Source of the DNA: Octopus sinensis
Taxonomy: Eukaryota
Length of the DNA stretch: 64,000 nucleotides
Assembly (NCBI RefSeq): GCF_006345805.1
Contig: NC_043006.1
Location: forward strand, 83,824,001-83,888,000
Direction of reading: 5' to 3'
The translations under genes were made by a program, and so were the position numbers. Each line of letters opens with the position of its first letter. Positions within the stretch are counted from its first letter, which is position 1. Under the pieces are notes generated by a model. That model was not told the DNA's origin and searched no databases. It was given only the letters and a program-made list of their open reading frames with translations. This document shows, piece by piece, positions 49,680 through 62,581 of the stretch.

Positions 49680-51560
49680 GAATTTAGTTTCAATCATTTG
49701 TCTTTAACCTCCATTATTTCTTTTTTCGTTCCATCTCTGATATCCACAATAAGTAATGCGGCGAATTTTATCGCCATTCTCACCCATCAGTCAACGCTAC
49801 TGCTAACGCGCACACACACACCACTCACTCACTCACCAATCTCCATCAATCATCGCATCATTACCAATACCAGTATCCTCATAACTACTACCACCCCCAC
49901 TGTTACTACTATTACCACTACTACTAGTAGAAGTACTAGTACTGCCACCACCACCACTACTACTTCTACTACGTCTACGTAGCCACCTGATCATCATCAT
50001 CATCATCATCATCGCTAATGCAGTTTATCATTATGACTTGCCAATTTGTAAGATTTTCGTTTTCCTTTTCCGTCTGCCCTCCCCCCCCTCTCTCTCTCTC
50101 TCACACGTCATCATCACAATCATCATCACCATCATTATCATCATTATCATTATCGTCGTCATTATCACCATCATCATCATTATCACCATCATCATCATCA
50201 TCATCACCATCATCATCGTCATCATCATCACCATCATCATCGTCATCATCATCACCCTCATCATCGTCATCACCATCATCATCATTATCACCATCACCAT
50301 TATTATTATCATCATCATCATCATCATCACCATCGTCATCGTCGTCATTATCACCATCATCATCATCATCGTCATCATCATCACCATTATTATCATCATC
50401 ATTATCACCATCGTCATCGTCGTCATTATCATCATCGTCATCATTATTACCATCATCGTCATCATCAACCACAGTAATAAGTACTATTACTATCAATCCG
50501 GTTGAAACCACCACCATCATCATCATCAATAGCATCAATCATCGTTATTGCTATGACTACGACCATCTAACGTTACTGCCACTACTACTACAACACACCA
50601 CCACCACAAACACCACCACCGTCACCACTACTAGCAATATAGCAATAACCATGACAACACTTCATCTACTACTACTACCACAACATTACTAGAACTTCAG
50701 TACTTCTACCACCACCACCACCAATACCAAATATCACTACAACGACCACTACAACCTCGACTACTACTACTACCAGAGCAGCTATAACTACTACCACTAC
50801 TGCCATAACTAACAATGCTTCTACTACTACTACTACAACACAACTACCACCTCAAAACCACCATCACTACTACTACTTCTGCTGCTACTACCACTACTAC
50901 TGCTATTATTACAACTACCACTACCATTGCTGCATTGCTGCAACACCACCACCCCAACTCCCTCCACCACTGTTACTGTTGCCAGAACTTTCACTAACAT
51001 CAAAATGCCACAAGGACAATCACTAGTACAACCACACAACTACAACACTACTACCACCACAGCCATAGCTGCTATCACTACCACTAAGAATACTGTCTCA
51101 GCTACTACAAACTCTCCACTATACCACCACTGCTGCCATAAACTGTACTACCATCACCATAACCATCACCACCACACTGCCACCACAACCTCCACCACCA
51201 CCTCAGTAACCACTGCCACAACCTATACCACCACTGCCATAGCCTCCACCACCACACTACCACCGTAACCTACACCATCACCGCCATAACCTCAACCTCC
51301 ACCACTGCCACTATAACCATTGCCACCACACTACCACCTTAACCACCAGCACCACCTCAATAACCACTGCCAAAACCTACACCACCACTGCTATAGCCTC
51401 CACCACCGCACTACCACTATAACCTTCACCATCACTGCCATAACCTCAACCACAACCGTTGCCTCTACCACAATAACGTCCACTGTAACCTCCACCACCA
51501 CCGCAATAACTGCCACCATAACCACCACCATCACTGCAACCTTCACCACCACCAACAAAT
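49540..51560. repeat. Low-complexity (CAT)/(CAC)/(TAC) trinucleotide region
   Basis: Degenerate trinucleotide runs; the most regular are at 50106-50470. Confidence 0.95.
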
Positions 51561-51819
51561 TCTTTCTGATCCATGCGTGCAGAGAAAAGTGAATGTTAAA
51601 ACAATGATGATAGGAAAACAATGATGACCAGTTTATTCTTTCTGCTCATCTATAGAAACAATGGAAATGGTCAAAGATGCATGAATCGGACATCTCTTCA
51701 AAACAGGAGACTGACCATTCTTATGTCAATTTGAGGAAATCTATGATCACTAAGTAATTATAGGAGTAAATATTGTTCAAACTTTTCTCAAGAGGGAGAA
51801 AGTAGCTTTTTAATATTAT

Positions 51820-52007
51820 TCAGGAGTGGCTGTGTGGTAAGTAGCTTGCTTACCAACCACATGGTTTCGGGTTCAGTCCCACTGCATGGTACTCTGGGCA
51901 AGTGTCCTTCTACTTTAGTCTCAGGCCGACCAAAGCCTTGTGAGTGGATTTGGTAGATGGAAACTAAAATAAGCCTGTCGTATATATATGTGTGTGTGTG
52001 TACATAC

Positions 52008-52046
<39 letters not shown>

Positions 52047-52612
52047 GTACTTATTATATTAGTACTTATTCTATCGGTCTCTTTTGCTGAACTGCTAAGT
52101 TACATGGATGTAAACACACCAGCATCGATTGTCAAGCGATGTTGGGGGCACAAACACAGCCTTGACTGGCTTCCATGCCGGTGGCACGTAACAAGCACCA
52201 ACCAATCATGGCCGTTGCCAGCCTGCCCTGGCACCTGTGCCGGTGGCACGTAAAAAGCACCCACTACACTCACGGAGTGGTTGGTATTAGGAAGGGCATC
52301 CATCTGTAGAAACACTGCCAGATCAGACTGGACCCTGGTCGAACCGTCCAACCCATGCTAGAATAGAAAACGGACGTTAAACGATGATGATGATGATATG
52401 CATGTGTGTTTGTGTGGTTGTGTTTGTCCCCCCAATATCGCTTGACAACCGATGCTGGTGTGTTTACGTCCCTGTAACTTAGCAGTTTGGCAAAAGAGAC
52501 TGATAGAATAAGTACTAGGCTTACAAAGAATAAGTCCTGGGGTCGATTTGCACGACTAAAGACGGTGCTCCAGCATGGCCGCAGTCAAATGACTGAAACA
52601 AGTAAAAGAGTA
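51820..52612 (+). mobile_element. SINE family A with an internal inverted fragment and RTE 3'-end insertion (further family A copies at 43730-44030 and 61935-62420)
   Basis: 5' half 51820-52000, RTE 3' end about 52150-52400, 3' half 52400-52612. Confidence 0.8.
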
Positions 52613-52769
52613 ATCCATACCTTCATGGAAAGTGAATGTGAAATTTTGATAGTGATCAGTGTTGAGAACAATGTTGTACATAAAAAATAGGTAAAGACCC
52701 CCTTCTGTCATGAATGACCATAGGATTGCACGTGAACAGTTTCCTTCCAAGGCACAAGTTCATGCAAAG

Positions 52770-53480
52770 TTCATCATCATCATCATCGTTTAACGTCTGC
52801 TTTCCATGCTAGCATGGGTTGGACGATTTTGACTGAGGGCTGGCGAACCAGATGGCTGCACCAGGCTCCAATCTTGATTTGGCAGAGTTTTTACGGCTGG
52901 ATGCCCTTCCTAATTCCAACCACTCCGAGTGTGTAATGGGTGCTTTTTATGTGCTACCGGCACGGGGGCCAGTAACGCAGTACTGGCAATGACCTCACTG
53001 GAATCTTTTTACACATGCCACCAGTACAGGTGCCAGTAAGGCGACGTTGGTAACGATCATGCTCAAATGGTGCCCTTTTACGTGCCACCGGCACGGAAGC
53101 CAGATGGCTGCTCTGGCAACAATCATGCTTGGATGGTGCTCTTGGCACCCTACTAGCATGGACACAAGTGCCAGTAAGGCGACGCTGGTAACGATCACAC
53201 TTGAATGGTGCCTTTTTATGTGCCACTGACACGGAAGCCGGTTAGCCGCTCTGTCAACGATCACGCTCGTATGGTGCTCTTTGCACCCCGTTAGTACGGA
53301 TGCCAGTCATCGAATGTGATTTTGATTTCACTTGTCTTTGCAAGCAGAGTTTGGTGTCCAAAGAAGGAAAAGGTAAGCATAAGTGGGCTGGTTACACTCC
53401 TGGCATAGGCCACAGGTTATGGTCTCATTTGGCTTGCCTGGTCTTCTCAAGCACAGCATATTTCCAAAGTTGTTTATGGA
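52770..53480 (-). mobile_element. RTE 3' end (ORF2 tail remnant, long 3' UTR, (GAT)n)
   Basis: catcatcatcgtttaacgtctgctttccatgctagcatggg terminus, repeated gtgccaccggcac units, and ggtcttctcaagcacagcata shared with 56680-56710. Confidence 0.85.
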
Positions 53481-53959
53481 AAACCAGTAGCCGCCCATGC
53501 ATACCAGCCTCCCCTTTCCACACCACTGATGTTATCTGAGGGAAAGGCAAAGGCCGATACACCTTGGCACCAGTGATGTTGCAACTCATTTCTACAGGTG
53601 TGTGAACTGGAGTAAGGAGAAATAAAGTGTCTTGCTCAAGAACACAACACAGACCAGTCTGGGAATCAAACTCAATACATCATGATTGTGTGTCCAATGC
53701 TCTAACCACTAAGCTATGCACCTTCACTGTTGTACATACATACATTATCAGTATTTAATATCCATCTTCCATGCTGGTATGGGTTGGACAATTTGACAGG
53801 ATCCAGTGGGCCCAAGGACTACATCATGTTTCATTGTCTACTTTAGTATAGTTTCCATGGCTGGAGGCCCTTCCTAATGCCAACCACTTTACAGCATGAA
53901 CAAGTACAAGTGAGATCACCATGCAACTTGTAAGACTACAAACCCCAGAGAGGTAGTAG

Positions 53960-54282
53960 GAGCACTCCGTCGGTTGCAACGACGAGGGTCCCATCTGATA
54001 CGATCAATGGAACAGCTTGCTTGTGAAATTAACATGCAAGTGGCTGAGCACTCCAAAGACATGTGTACCCTTAATGTAGTTCTCATGGAGATTCAGCGTG
54101 ACACAGAGTGTGACAAGTCCGACCCTTTGAAATACAGGTACTACTCGTTTTTGCCAGCTGAGTGGACTGGAGCAACATGAAATAAAGTGTCTTGCTCAAG
54201 GACACAACGCGCTGTTGGGAATTGAACTCACAACCTTACAATCATGAGTCGAATGCCCTAACCACTAAGCCACACACCTTCA
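53960..54282 (-). mobile_element. SINE family C (tRNA head plus tgtgtccttgagcaagacacttt domain); related copies at 14900-15722, 28380-28630, 33290-33560, 47800-47985, 53535-53725
   Basis: Minus strand ggcttagtggttagggcattcgactcatgatt..gagttcaattccc (A and B boxes), followed by a conserved central segment. Confidence 0.8.
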
Positions 54283-55297
54283 CCTTCCAGAGAGATAGTT
54301 TTATGGTGTGAGATAATGTGTTAAAGCATGAGAGGGGACCAGAACAGAACAGATATCTTGCTGTTAAAGGACTACATGGCCATTCACCTTTGAAAAGAAA
54401 GGGTTGGAGGGGTTTGGAGTGGAGCAGGGGGAGATAAATAGTGATGATGAGGTATCCCTGTGGATCCAAAGGTATGAGGTGTAGTAGAAATAAGCGGGAG
54501 ACAAAGAACCGAGAGTTGGGATATATAGAGGTTTACAACAGCATTTGAGCGATGGTGAGCGGAAGATTTTGAGAGCACTATTAACATTTGATACACTTAT
54601 TTATTTATGTTTTGCTCACATTAATTATGAATGTAGTTTTGGTATATCCAATTTAAAAATATTGAGACAATCCCATTGGAGCTGCTTTATAGCATCTTGT
54701 TGGCATCAGCATTTTACAGCAGATTAGTATTAATTTCATGTTTTGCAAAAACACTTGTTCTTGAATAATTGCACTTTCTGAGAAAACTCAATTTATTATT
54801 TGCACTTGACAAACAGCTTCAAAACAATTTCACTTTTGCAGTAGCTGGGAAAGGAGGATGATAAGTGCTGACAACTGTTTTTATGGCTCATTTTCTGTGA
54901 GAGCCAATTGCTGTATTCAATATTTTAATATGCTATAACAAAGTTGAATCATATAAGTTCAATTAGTGTGAAGCTTTTAAATAGGATTAATTATTTGTAC
55001 TAATTGAGCTTTGGTAATTGACCTTACATGGTAATGTGTGTGAGTGTGTATGTGTGTATATATACAGGATATGGCAAAAATGTTGCCCTGATTTAATAGG
55101 TTCATAAAAAAACAAACACATGAAGATACAAGAAAAAAAATGATTCTCTCTCCACTCCAGGCCATGATGGGTACTACCTGAAACAAAAAGAAAATGGCAT
55201 TTAATGAATTTCATAGAAATACAAAGTTTTTTCATGCATCTTCATGTGTTTGTTTCTTTATTAACCTTTGAAATTGAGACAACCTTTCTGCCGCAGA

Positions 55298-55333
<36 letters not shown>

Positions 55334-56057
55334 CCTGAAGATCCAGTGTGTTTACAGTTGAAACTCAGAGCACCAAGAGGCTGACTCAACCAAAATAATA
55401 TATGATTAATCTCTACCCATGGTATTGAGCATTCTTTTGTCCAACAGTTAATACTGAACACACATGTAAATATATCTATTATATAAATTGGACATGGGCG
55501 ATCGTTGTATTCTTTCTTGTCTTGAGGTTCACAGCCAAACTGCTGGGTGGATTCGCATGAAAAATGGCACACATGTGGAGATGGGTGCATAGACTGGAAT
55601 GCAATTTGTATTTTTTTACTTAGCCTCCATACTTACCGAGAAAATTGATTAAAACTTTTCCTAATGGAATTCTCCTGTTTGTTCTACCATTAAAACAACC
55701 AGTTGCTTAGAAGCTGTTCTCTGACAGGGTAGGGTCAGGAAATTTTCATACAGGTGGAGGCTCCAATCAAAACAGGGGACCCAAAATGATGAGGTTGAGA
55801 AACGCTGTTATAGATTATGTCTAACCAAAAACGATCACAGCCACATCATCCAAACAGACCAGGTGAAACTGGGCTTAGCTGCTAGTATACATACATATAT
55901 ATATATCATCATCATCATCATCGTTTAGCGTCCGCTTTCCATGCTAGCATGGGTTGGACGGGTCAACTGGGGTCTGTGAAGCTGGAAGGCTTCGTCAGGC
56001 CCAGGCAGATCTGATAGTGTTTCTACGGCTGGATGCCCTTCCTAACGCCAACCACTC

Positions 56058-56620
56058 CGCGAGTGTAGTGGGTGTTTTTTACGTGCCACCTGCACAGGTG
56101 CCAGACAGAGCTGGCGAACGGCCACGAACGGATGGTGCTTTTACGTGTCACCGGCACGGGGCCAGGCGATGCTGACAACGGACACGAACGGATGGTGCTT
56201 TTACGTGCCACCGACACGGGGCCAGACAGAGCTGGCAACCGGCCACGAACGGACGGTGCTTTTACGTGTAACCGGCACGGGGGCCAGCCGAGGCTGGCAA
56301 CGGACACGGACGGATGGTGGTTTTACGTGCCACCGACACGGGGCCAGACAGAGCTGGCAAACGGCCACGAACGGATGGTGCTTTTACGTGCCACCGACAC
56401 GGGGCCAGACAGAGCTGGCAAACGGCCACGAACGGACGGTGCTTTTACGTGTCACCGGCACGGGGCCAGGCGAGGCTGGCAACGAACACAAACAGATGGT
56501 GCTTTTACGTGCCACCAACACGGGGCCAGGCAGAGCTGGCAAACGGCCATGAGCAAATGGTGCTTTTACGTATCACCGGCACGGGTGCCAGACGAGGCTG
56601 ACAGCGGACACGAACGGATG
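56058..56620 (-). repeat. Tandem array of about nine 60-61-bp units in the RTE 3' UTR
   Basis: ttttacgt recurs near 56077, 56139, 56199, 56260, 56321, 56382, 56443, 56503 and 56564, with two alternating unit subtypes. Confidence 0.9.
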
Positions 56621-56671
56621 GGTCACTTAACCCCTGCTTTCTGATATATGATTTGATTTTGATTGTTCTCA

Positions 56672-58226
56672 CTGGTCTTGCCGGGTCTTCTCACGCACAG
56701 CATACTTCCATAGGTCTCGGTCTCTGGTCATTTCCTTGGTGAGACCTAGAGTTCGAAAGTCGTGCTTCACCACCTCGACCCAGGGTTTCCTGGGTCTACC
56801 TCTTCCACAGGTCCCCTCAACTGCCAGGGTGTGGCACTTTTTCACACACCTATCTTCATCCATTCTCACCACATGACCATACCAGCGCAATCGTCTCTCT
56901 TGCACACAACATCTGATTCCTCTTAGGTCCAACTTTTCTTCAAGGTACTTACACTCTGTCGACTATGAACACTGACATTACACATCCAACGGAGCATACT
57001 AGCTTCATTTCTCGCGAGCTTACGCATGTCCTCAGCAGTCACGGCCCATGTTTCACTGCCATGTAGCATGGCTGTTCGTACACATGCATCATACAGTCTG
57101 CCTTTACTCTGAGCGAGAGGCCTTTAGTCACCAACAGAGGGAAGAGCTCCCTAAACTTTGCCCAGGCTATTCTTACTCTAGCCGTTACACTTTCAGCACA
57201 CCCACCCCCACTACTGACTTGGTCACCAAGATAACGGAAGCTATCAACTACTTCTAGTTTTTCCCCTGGAAAGTGACGGAAGTTGTTTTCTGCAGATTTT
57301 CAGAGGTTAATGCTCCCGAGCATCTGCCACATACAAACACCATCTTCCTAGTTAGCCTTCCTATGACATTGCTGCACCTCTTATGTGTCCATAGCTTACA
57401 CTTGGGCATCTTATAGAGTTTCTACCTACACCTTTTCTACAGATCGAGCAGGGCCATCTACCTGAAGGCGTTTGTGATTTGTCTACCTTCCTACTTATTA
57501 GGACTTTGGTTTTAGCTAGGTTGACTCTAAGGCCCTTCGATTCTAAACCATGCTTCCACACCTGAAACTTCTTCTCCAGTTCTGATAATGACTCAGCAAT
57601 TAGAGCAAGGTCATCAGCATAGAGGAGCTCCCAGGGGCATCCTGTCTTGAATTCCTCCGTTATTGCCTGGAGGACTATGATAAATAGGAGGGGGCTGAGG
57701 ACTGAGCCTTGGTGGACCCCAACCTCTACCCGGAATTCTTCACTGTACTCATTTCCAACCCTCACCTTACTAGCAGCGTCCCTGTACATGGCTTGCACAG
57801 CTCTCACTAACCATTCTTCTATTCCTAGTTTCCTCATTGACCACCATATGAGGGATCGGGGGACCCTGTCGAAGGCTTTCTCCATGTCAACAAAAGCCAG
57901 GTACAGGGCCTTATCTTTGGCTAGGTATTTCTCCTGCAGCTGCCTTACCAGGAATATAGCATCAGTGGTACTTTTCCCTGGCACGAAACCAAACTGCATC
58001 TCATCTAAACTAACTCTCTCTCTAATTAGTTGGCTTATGACCCTCTCTGTAACCTTCATCACCTGATCCAACAGCTTGATACCTCTGTAATTATTTGTAT
58101 CTAGGGCATCACCTTTACCTTTGTAGCTGTTGACTATTATGCTGCTACACCAGTCATTGGGTATGACTCTTTCATGTATCACCTGATTAACTATACAGGT
58201 GACTAGGCTATAGCCGACACTACCAG
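56672..58226 (-). pseudogene. RTE ORF2 (reverse transcriptase, PHD-like finger, C-terminus) broken by at least three 1-bp frameshifts
   Basis: Track ORF 57361-58260 is open through the RT. The frame breaks at about 57403, 57270 and 57110; the 56669-56932 ORF is the last segment. Confidence 0.9.
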
Positions 58227-58647
58227 ATATATATATATATATATATACACATAGATGCACATGAGAAAGGCTTCCAGAATGCCTTCATATCTTAGTGTCT
58301 TATTGCTGATGCTAATTGAAAGACATAAATGCCAAGTCATTTAATCTCTCATAATCTCTCTCACACGTTTTTTGTTTTGTTTTTTTATCTATCTTTCGTG
58401 CTATATCTCTTTCTATTTTTCTATTTCTTAACTTTCTCTCTCTATCATTCTCTGTGTGTGTGTGTAAAGGCAAATGAGTGAAAGGCCGAGGGTTGTCTGG
58501 TCACAAATAGTTGTAAAGGAGATAGTGTATCTGTCAATGGTGAGAAATGAGTTGCTAAGAAAATTAGTTATTTTGATTTGCTTTTAGCTTTGTCATTTAG
58601 CCCAAGGTTACCCTAATAAAGCAGACCTATATTCAAAAGCATTCTAA

Positions 58648-58908
58648 CTATAGCCATTCTGTCACACAAAAGGCACATGTACTGGTGTCATTTGTAAAGC
58701 ATCTGTGCTTCTGCCATGTGAAAAGAGCTCTTGCTCGTGTCACATGGAAAAGCACCCATGCTGGTCTCACGCAGAAAAGCACCCATGGTGGTGCCACACC
58801 AAAATGCACACATGCCGGTGTCACATGAAAATGTGTCCATGCTGGTGCCATGCAGAAAAGCGCCTGTGCTGGTGTTACACAGAAAAGTACCCATGTTGGT
58901 ACCATGGA
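58648..58908. repeat. Degenerate minisatellite of about 27 bp (aaagcacccatgctggtgtcacgcaga-like), about nine units
   Basis: Recurrent aaagcac..tgc(c/t)ggtg(t/c)cac units related to RTE 3' UTR motifs. Confidence 0.7.
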
Positions 58909-58950
58909 GGCTACTAACCCCAAGATTCCAAGTTCGATTCCAGGCAGTGA

Positions 58951-58984
<34 letters not shown>
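58909..58984 (+). mobile_element. 5' fragment (tRNA-like head plus (AAT)n) of the hammerhead-SINE family
   Basis: GGCTACTAACCCCAAGATTCCAAGTTCGATTCCAGGCAGTGACCTG(AAT)n, near-identical to the heads at 2617-2677 and 28021-28080. Confidence 0.7.
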
Positions 58985-60070
58985 TGATAAAATAAATACC
59001 AGTTGAGCACTGGGGTTGATGTAATTGACATCCCTTTCCTCTTAAGAACTGCTGGCCCTGTGCCAAAATTTAAAACTGTTATTATTATTACTGATTTCAA
59101 ATTTTGGTACAAGGCCAGCAATTTCAGAGGGAATAAGTCAATTATATCAACCTATATTCAACTAGTACTTATTTTTATTAACCCCAAAAGGCAAAGTTAA
59201 CCCTGGTGACATTATTATTAATATTATTATTATTAAGGCAGCAAGCAGGCAGAATCAGTACACTGGGCAAAATGCTTAGTGGTATTTCATCTGTCTTTAC
59301 GTTCTGAGTTCAAATTCCGCTGAAGTCGACTTTGCTTTCATCCTTTCGGATTCGATAAATTAAGTACCAGTTGCATACTGGGTTTGATCTTATCAACCGG
59401 CCTTGTGCCTAGAGTAGAAAGGACTATTATTATTAAGGTGGCAAGCTGGCAGAATCATTAGCACGCTGGGTGAAATGCTTAGCGATATTTCATCTGTCAC
59501 TATATTCTGAGTTCAAATTTCGCCAAGGTCAGCTTTGCCTTTCATCCTTTCAGGGTCAATTAAATAAGTACCAGTTATGCACTGGGGTCAATGTAATCGA
59601 CTTAATCCCTTCCACCAAGCTGCCCTTGTGACAAAAACTTGAAATCATTATTAATATCATAATTATTATTATTAGTAGTAGTAAGGTGGCGAACTGGGAG
59701 ATTCATTAGCATGCTGAACAAAATGCTGAGTGGTGTTTCATCTGTCTTCAAGTTCTGGTTGTCTTTGCCTTTCGTCCTTTTAGGGTCAATAAAATAAGTA
59801 CCAACCAAGTACTGGGGTCAATATAATCGACAAGTCCCCTCCCACAAAATTTCAGGCCTTGTACCTATAGCAGAAAGGATTAGGGAGCTGGCTGAATCAT
59901 GAGCACACCAGGCAAAATGCTTAGCAGCATTTCATCCGTTTTTATGTTCTGAGTTCAAATCCTGCCAAGGTTGACTTTGCCTTTCATCTGTTCAGGGTCA
60001 ATAAAATAATTACCAGTTGAGCATTGGGGTCGATGTAATCAACTGTACCCCTACCCCAAAATTTATAGTA
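58985..60070. repeat. Dense array of about 7 family-B SINE copies and fragments separated by (ATT)n
   Basis: Repeated attattatt..aagg(t/c)ggcaagc..ctgagttcaaatt..aagtaccag units, mostly head to tail. Confidence 0.85.
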
Positions 60071-60299
60071 GAAAAATCATTATCATCATCATTTAACATC
60101 CGCTTTCCATGCTAGCATAGGTTGGATGATTTGACTGAGGACTGGCGAACCAGATGGCTGCACCAGGCTCCAATCTTGATCTGGCAGAGTTCCTACAGCT
60201 GGATGCCCTTCCTAATGCCAACCACCACTGCTGCCATAAACTGTACTACCATCGCCATAACCATCACCACCACACTACCACCAGTGTAGTGTTTTTTTT

Positions 60300-61200
60300 A
60301 GATTAGTGTTATTGTTGTTGTTTGATTATTATTGTTCTTGTTGCTGTTTAATTATTGTTGTTGTTATTACACTGCTAGTAATGGCAATGCTTCTGATGTT
60401 GCCAATGATGGCAATTACATGATGTTGATAGTTCCAAGTGAAGGGCAGTAGCCTGTGGGACAATAATGACCTGCTTTGTTGCATTGTTATTGTTGTAAAT
60501 CAGTATGAAGTAAAGTGAAACTATTTCATAAATATTAATATGTACGCCTTTCACGAATAGCCATGATAATGGTGATGGTGGTCACAGTGTTGATGATGAT
60601 GATAGTTATGATATTGAAGTGATGTTATGATATTGTTAAAATATTGAAGTGATATTATAGTTATGATATCGAAGTGATGTTAAAGTGAAGTTATGATATC
60701 GAAGCGATGTTGAAGTGAAGTTATGATATCGAAGTGATGTTGAAGATAATGGTGGCTGTAGTGACCATGGTGATGATGATTGCAGATGTTGCAATGGTAG
60801 TGATGCTGACATTGATGATAATCGTTATATTTGAGATGGTGATGATGAGGGTTGTAGTAATAATGATGATGATGATTGTGATGATGCTGGTGGTGATTGT
60901 AGGAAATGTGGTCATAAGGATAATAATGCTAATGTTATTGACAAGGATGGTGGTAATTATTGTGGTGGTGGTTGTGGTGTTGAGTGATAATGATATTGAT
61001 TAAGATCAGTTATCAATATGAGAGTGATATTGATATGATGATAACGATATGGATATTGGCTTTGTGATATTGATGATGATCAGTGGTGGTGGAGGTGGTG
61101 GCAACAGCAGCAGTACTAATGTTTACGAAGGTGGAGGAGGGCAGGAAATTGTGAATGCAGTATTGGTGATGGCAATGGTGGTGGTGGTGGTAGCAGTCTT
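60300..61200. repeat. Low-complexity (GAT)/(GTG)/(TTG) region with short gatatcgaagtgatgtt repeats near 60610-60745
   Basis: Read directly from the sequence. Confidence 0.9.
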
Positions 61201-61539
61201 GATACTATTGGAAGGTTTGAAGATACTTACATGCACATGTACAAACATGCACACATACATACATACATACATACATACATACATACATACATTTGCATAA
61301 ACATACATACACACATGTGCACACTTACAGAGATGCATACACACACCCATATATACATATGTACATCCATAATCTGGGCCCTCTATATGTTTTATGAAGC
61401 CCTAGATTTCCATCCGGAAATTCCTCTTCAAGGCACCGGCCATATAGTATATTTTCATAGAAAACCTGTCATTGCTCCTGCTGTATGTCTTCCTTCTGCA
61501 TGTCACTGATATTGTTCAAAGGGGACACAAGGATTGATG

Positions 61540-61740
61540 CAGCTTGTTGCCTTCAGGTTGCATAGAACCACAAGATGACATCAATACTGCAAGACATCCT
61601 GTCCAATGCTGCATCAGCGCTACCAATTCAACATCCTGGATTGATACTATATTTTGTTGACCCTGAAAGATAAAAATTACTGTTGATCTTGCTGAGTGGA
61701 GAGACAGGACAAAACAAATAGTGCAAAGCCTTAACAACCT
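61540..61740 (+). pseudogene. Small decayed CR1-like LINE remnant
   Basis: DDINTARHPVQ...HPGL resembles the CR1 DI..LE.VQR.A.R.IPGL motif. Frameshifted. Confidence 0.35.
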
Positions 61741-62581
61741 TGAATCATTCACTACCTTCGTGATGGTATCAGAGGTAGGATATCATGGCTGTGATGATGG
61801 TGGTGTTACAGGTGGTGTTTATGCTAGTGGTGGTGGTGGTGGTGATGGTAATAAGATGATGATGGCTGAAGGCTACTGAGTTGATAAATGACTTGCCAGT
61901 AGGGATAGTGAGAAGTAGAGACAAGGTAGACGCAGCAGTGGCTGTGTGGTAAGTAGCTTGCTTACCAACCACATGGTTCCAGGTTCAGTCCCACTGTGTG
62001 GCACCTTGGGCAAGTGTCTTCTACTATAATCTCAGGCTGACAAAAGCCTTGTGAGTAGATTTGGTGTGTGTGTGTATGTATGTATTTATGTATATATATA
62101 TATATATAATATAATATAATATAATAATAATAATGAAATTATTGTATACAGTGCTCAGGTGCACCACAACTTGTCACAAAGTGCGTATAAAGTGTATGCA
62201 TGTATATGTTTGTGGGTCTGTGTTTGTACCCCCACCCATTCTTGACAACCAATGTTGGTGTGTTTAGTCCCTGTAACTTAGTAGTTCGCCAAAAGAGACT
62301 GATAGTATAAGTACTAGGCTTACAGTGAATAAGTCTTGGGGTCGATTTAATCGACTAAAGGTGGTCTTCCAGCATGACCACAGTCAAATGACTGAAACAA
62401 ACAAAAAGACTAAAAAGAAAAAGAATAAAAAAGGTACTGATATAGTGGTGGTGGTGAGAGATCAGCTGATAGCAGTAGTAGGTGGTGGGGTGAGGGGAAT
62501 GAGCATGACAATGGAAGTGACAGGGCAATAGCTACCAGCAATGGTTTCTGTCTTTAAACATCCTACATGTTAACCCTAGAT

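Larger units (their letters stand above)
55905..58228 (-). mobile_element. 5'-truncated RTE-clade LINE (RT, C-terminus, expanded 3' UTR, (GAT)n tail) inserted in (TA)n
   Basis: RT motifs NYRGIKLL, QFGF, AFVDMEKAFDRV, GVHQGSVLSPLLF, YADD, followed by RRLRWYGHV..GRGRPRKPW. (atc)n tail at about 55905-55921. TA runs at both ends. Confidence 0.95.

Noticed and set aside
49608-51621. Poly-Ser, Ile, Met, Asp and Thr ORFs (up to 224 aa)
   Set aside because: Open in many frames on both strands because (CAT)/(CAC) repeats lack stop codons.
56058-56620. CRISPR-like regular repeat
   Set aside because: No unique spacers; it is a tandem array within a LINE 3' UTR in a eukaryotic context.
57647-58066. 139-aa plus-strand ORF
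   Set aside because: Antisense to the RTE reverse transcriptase.
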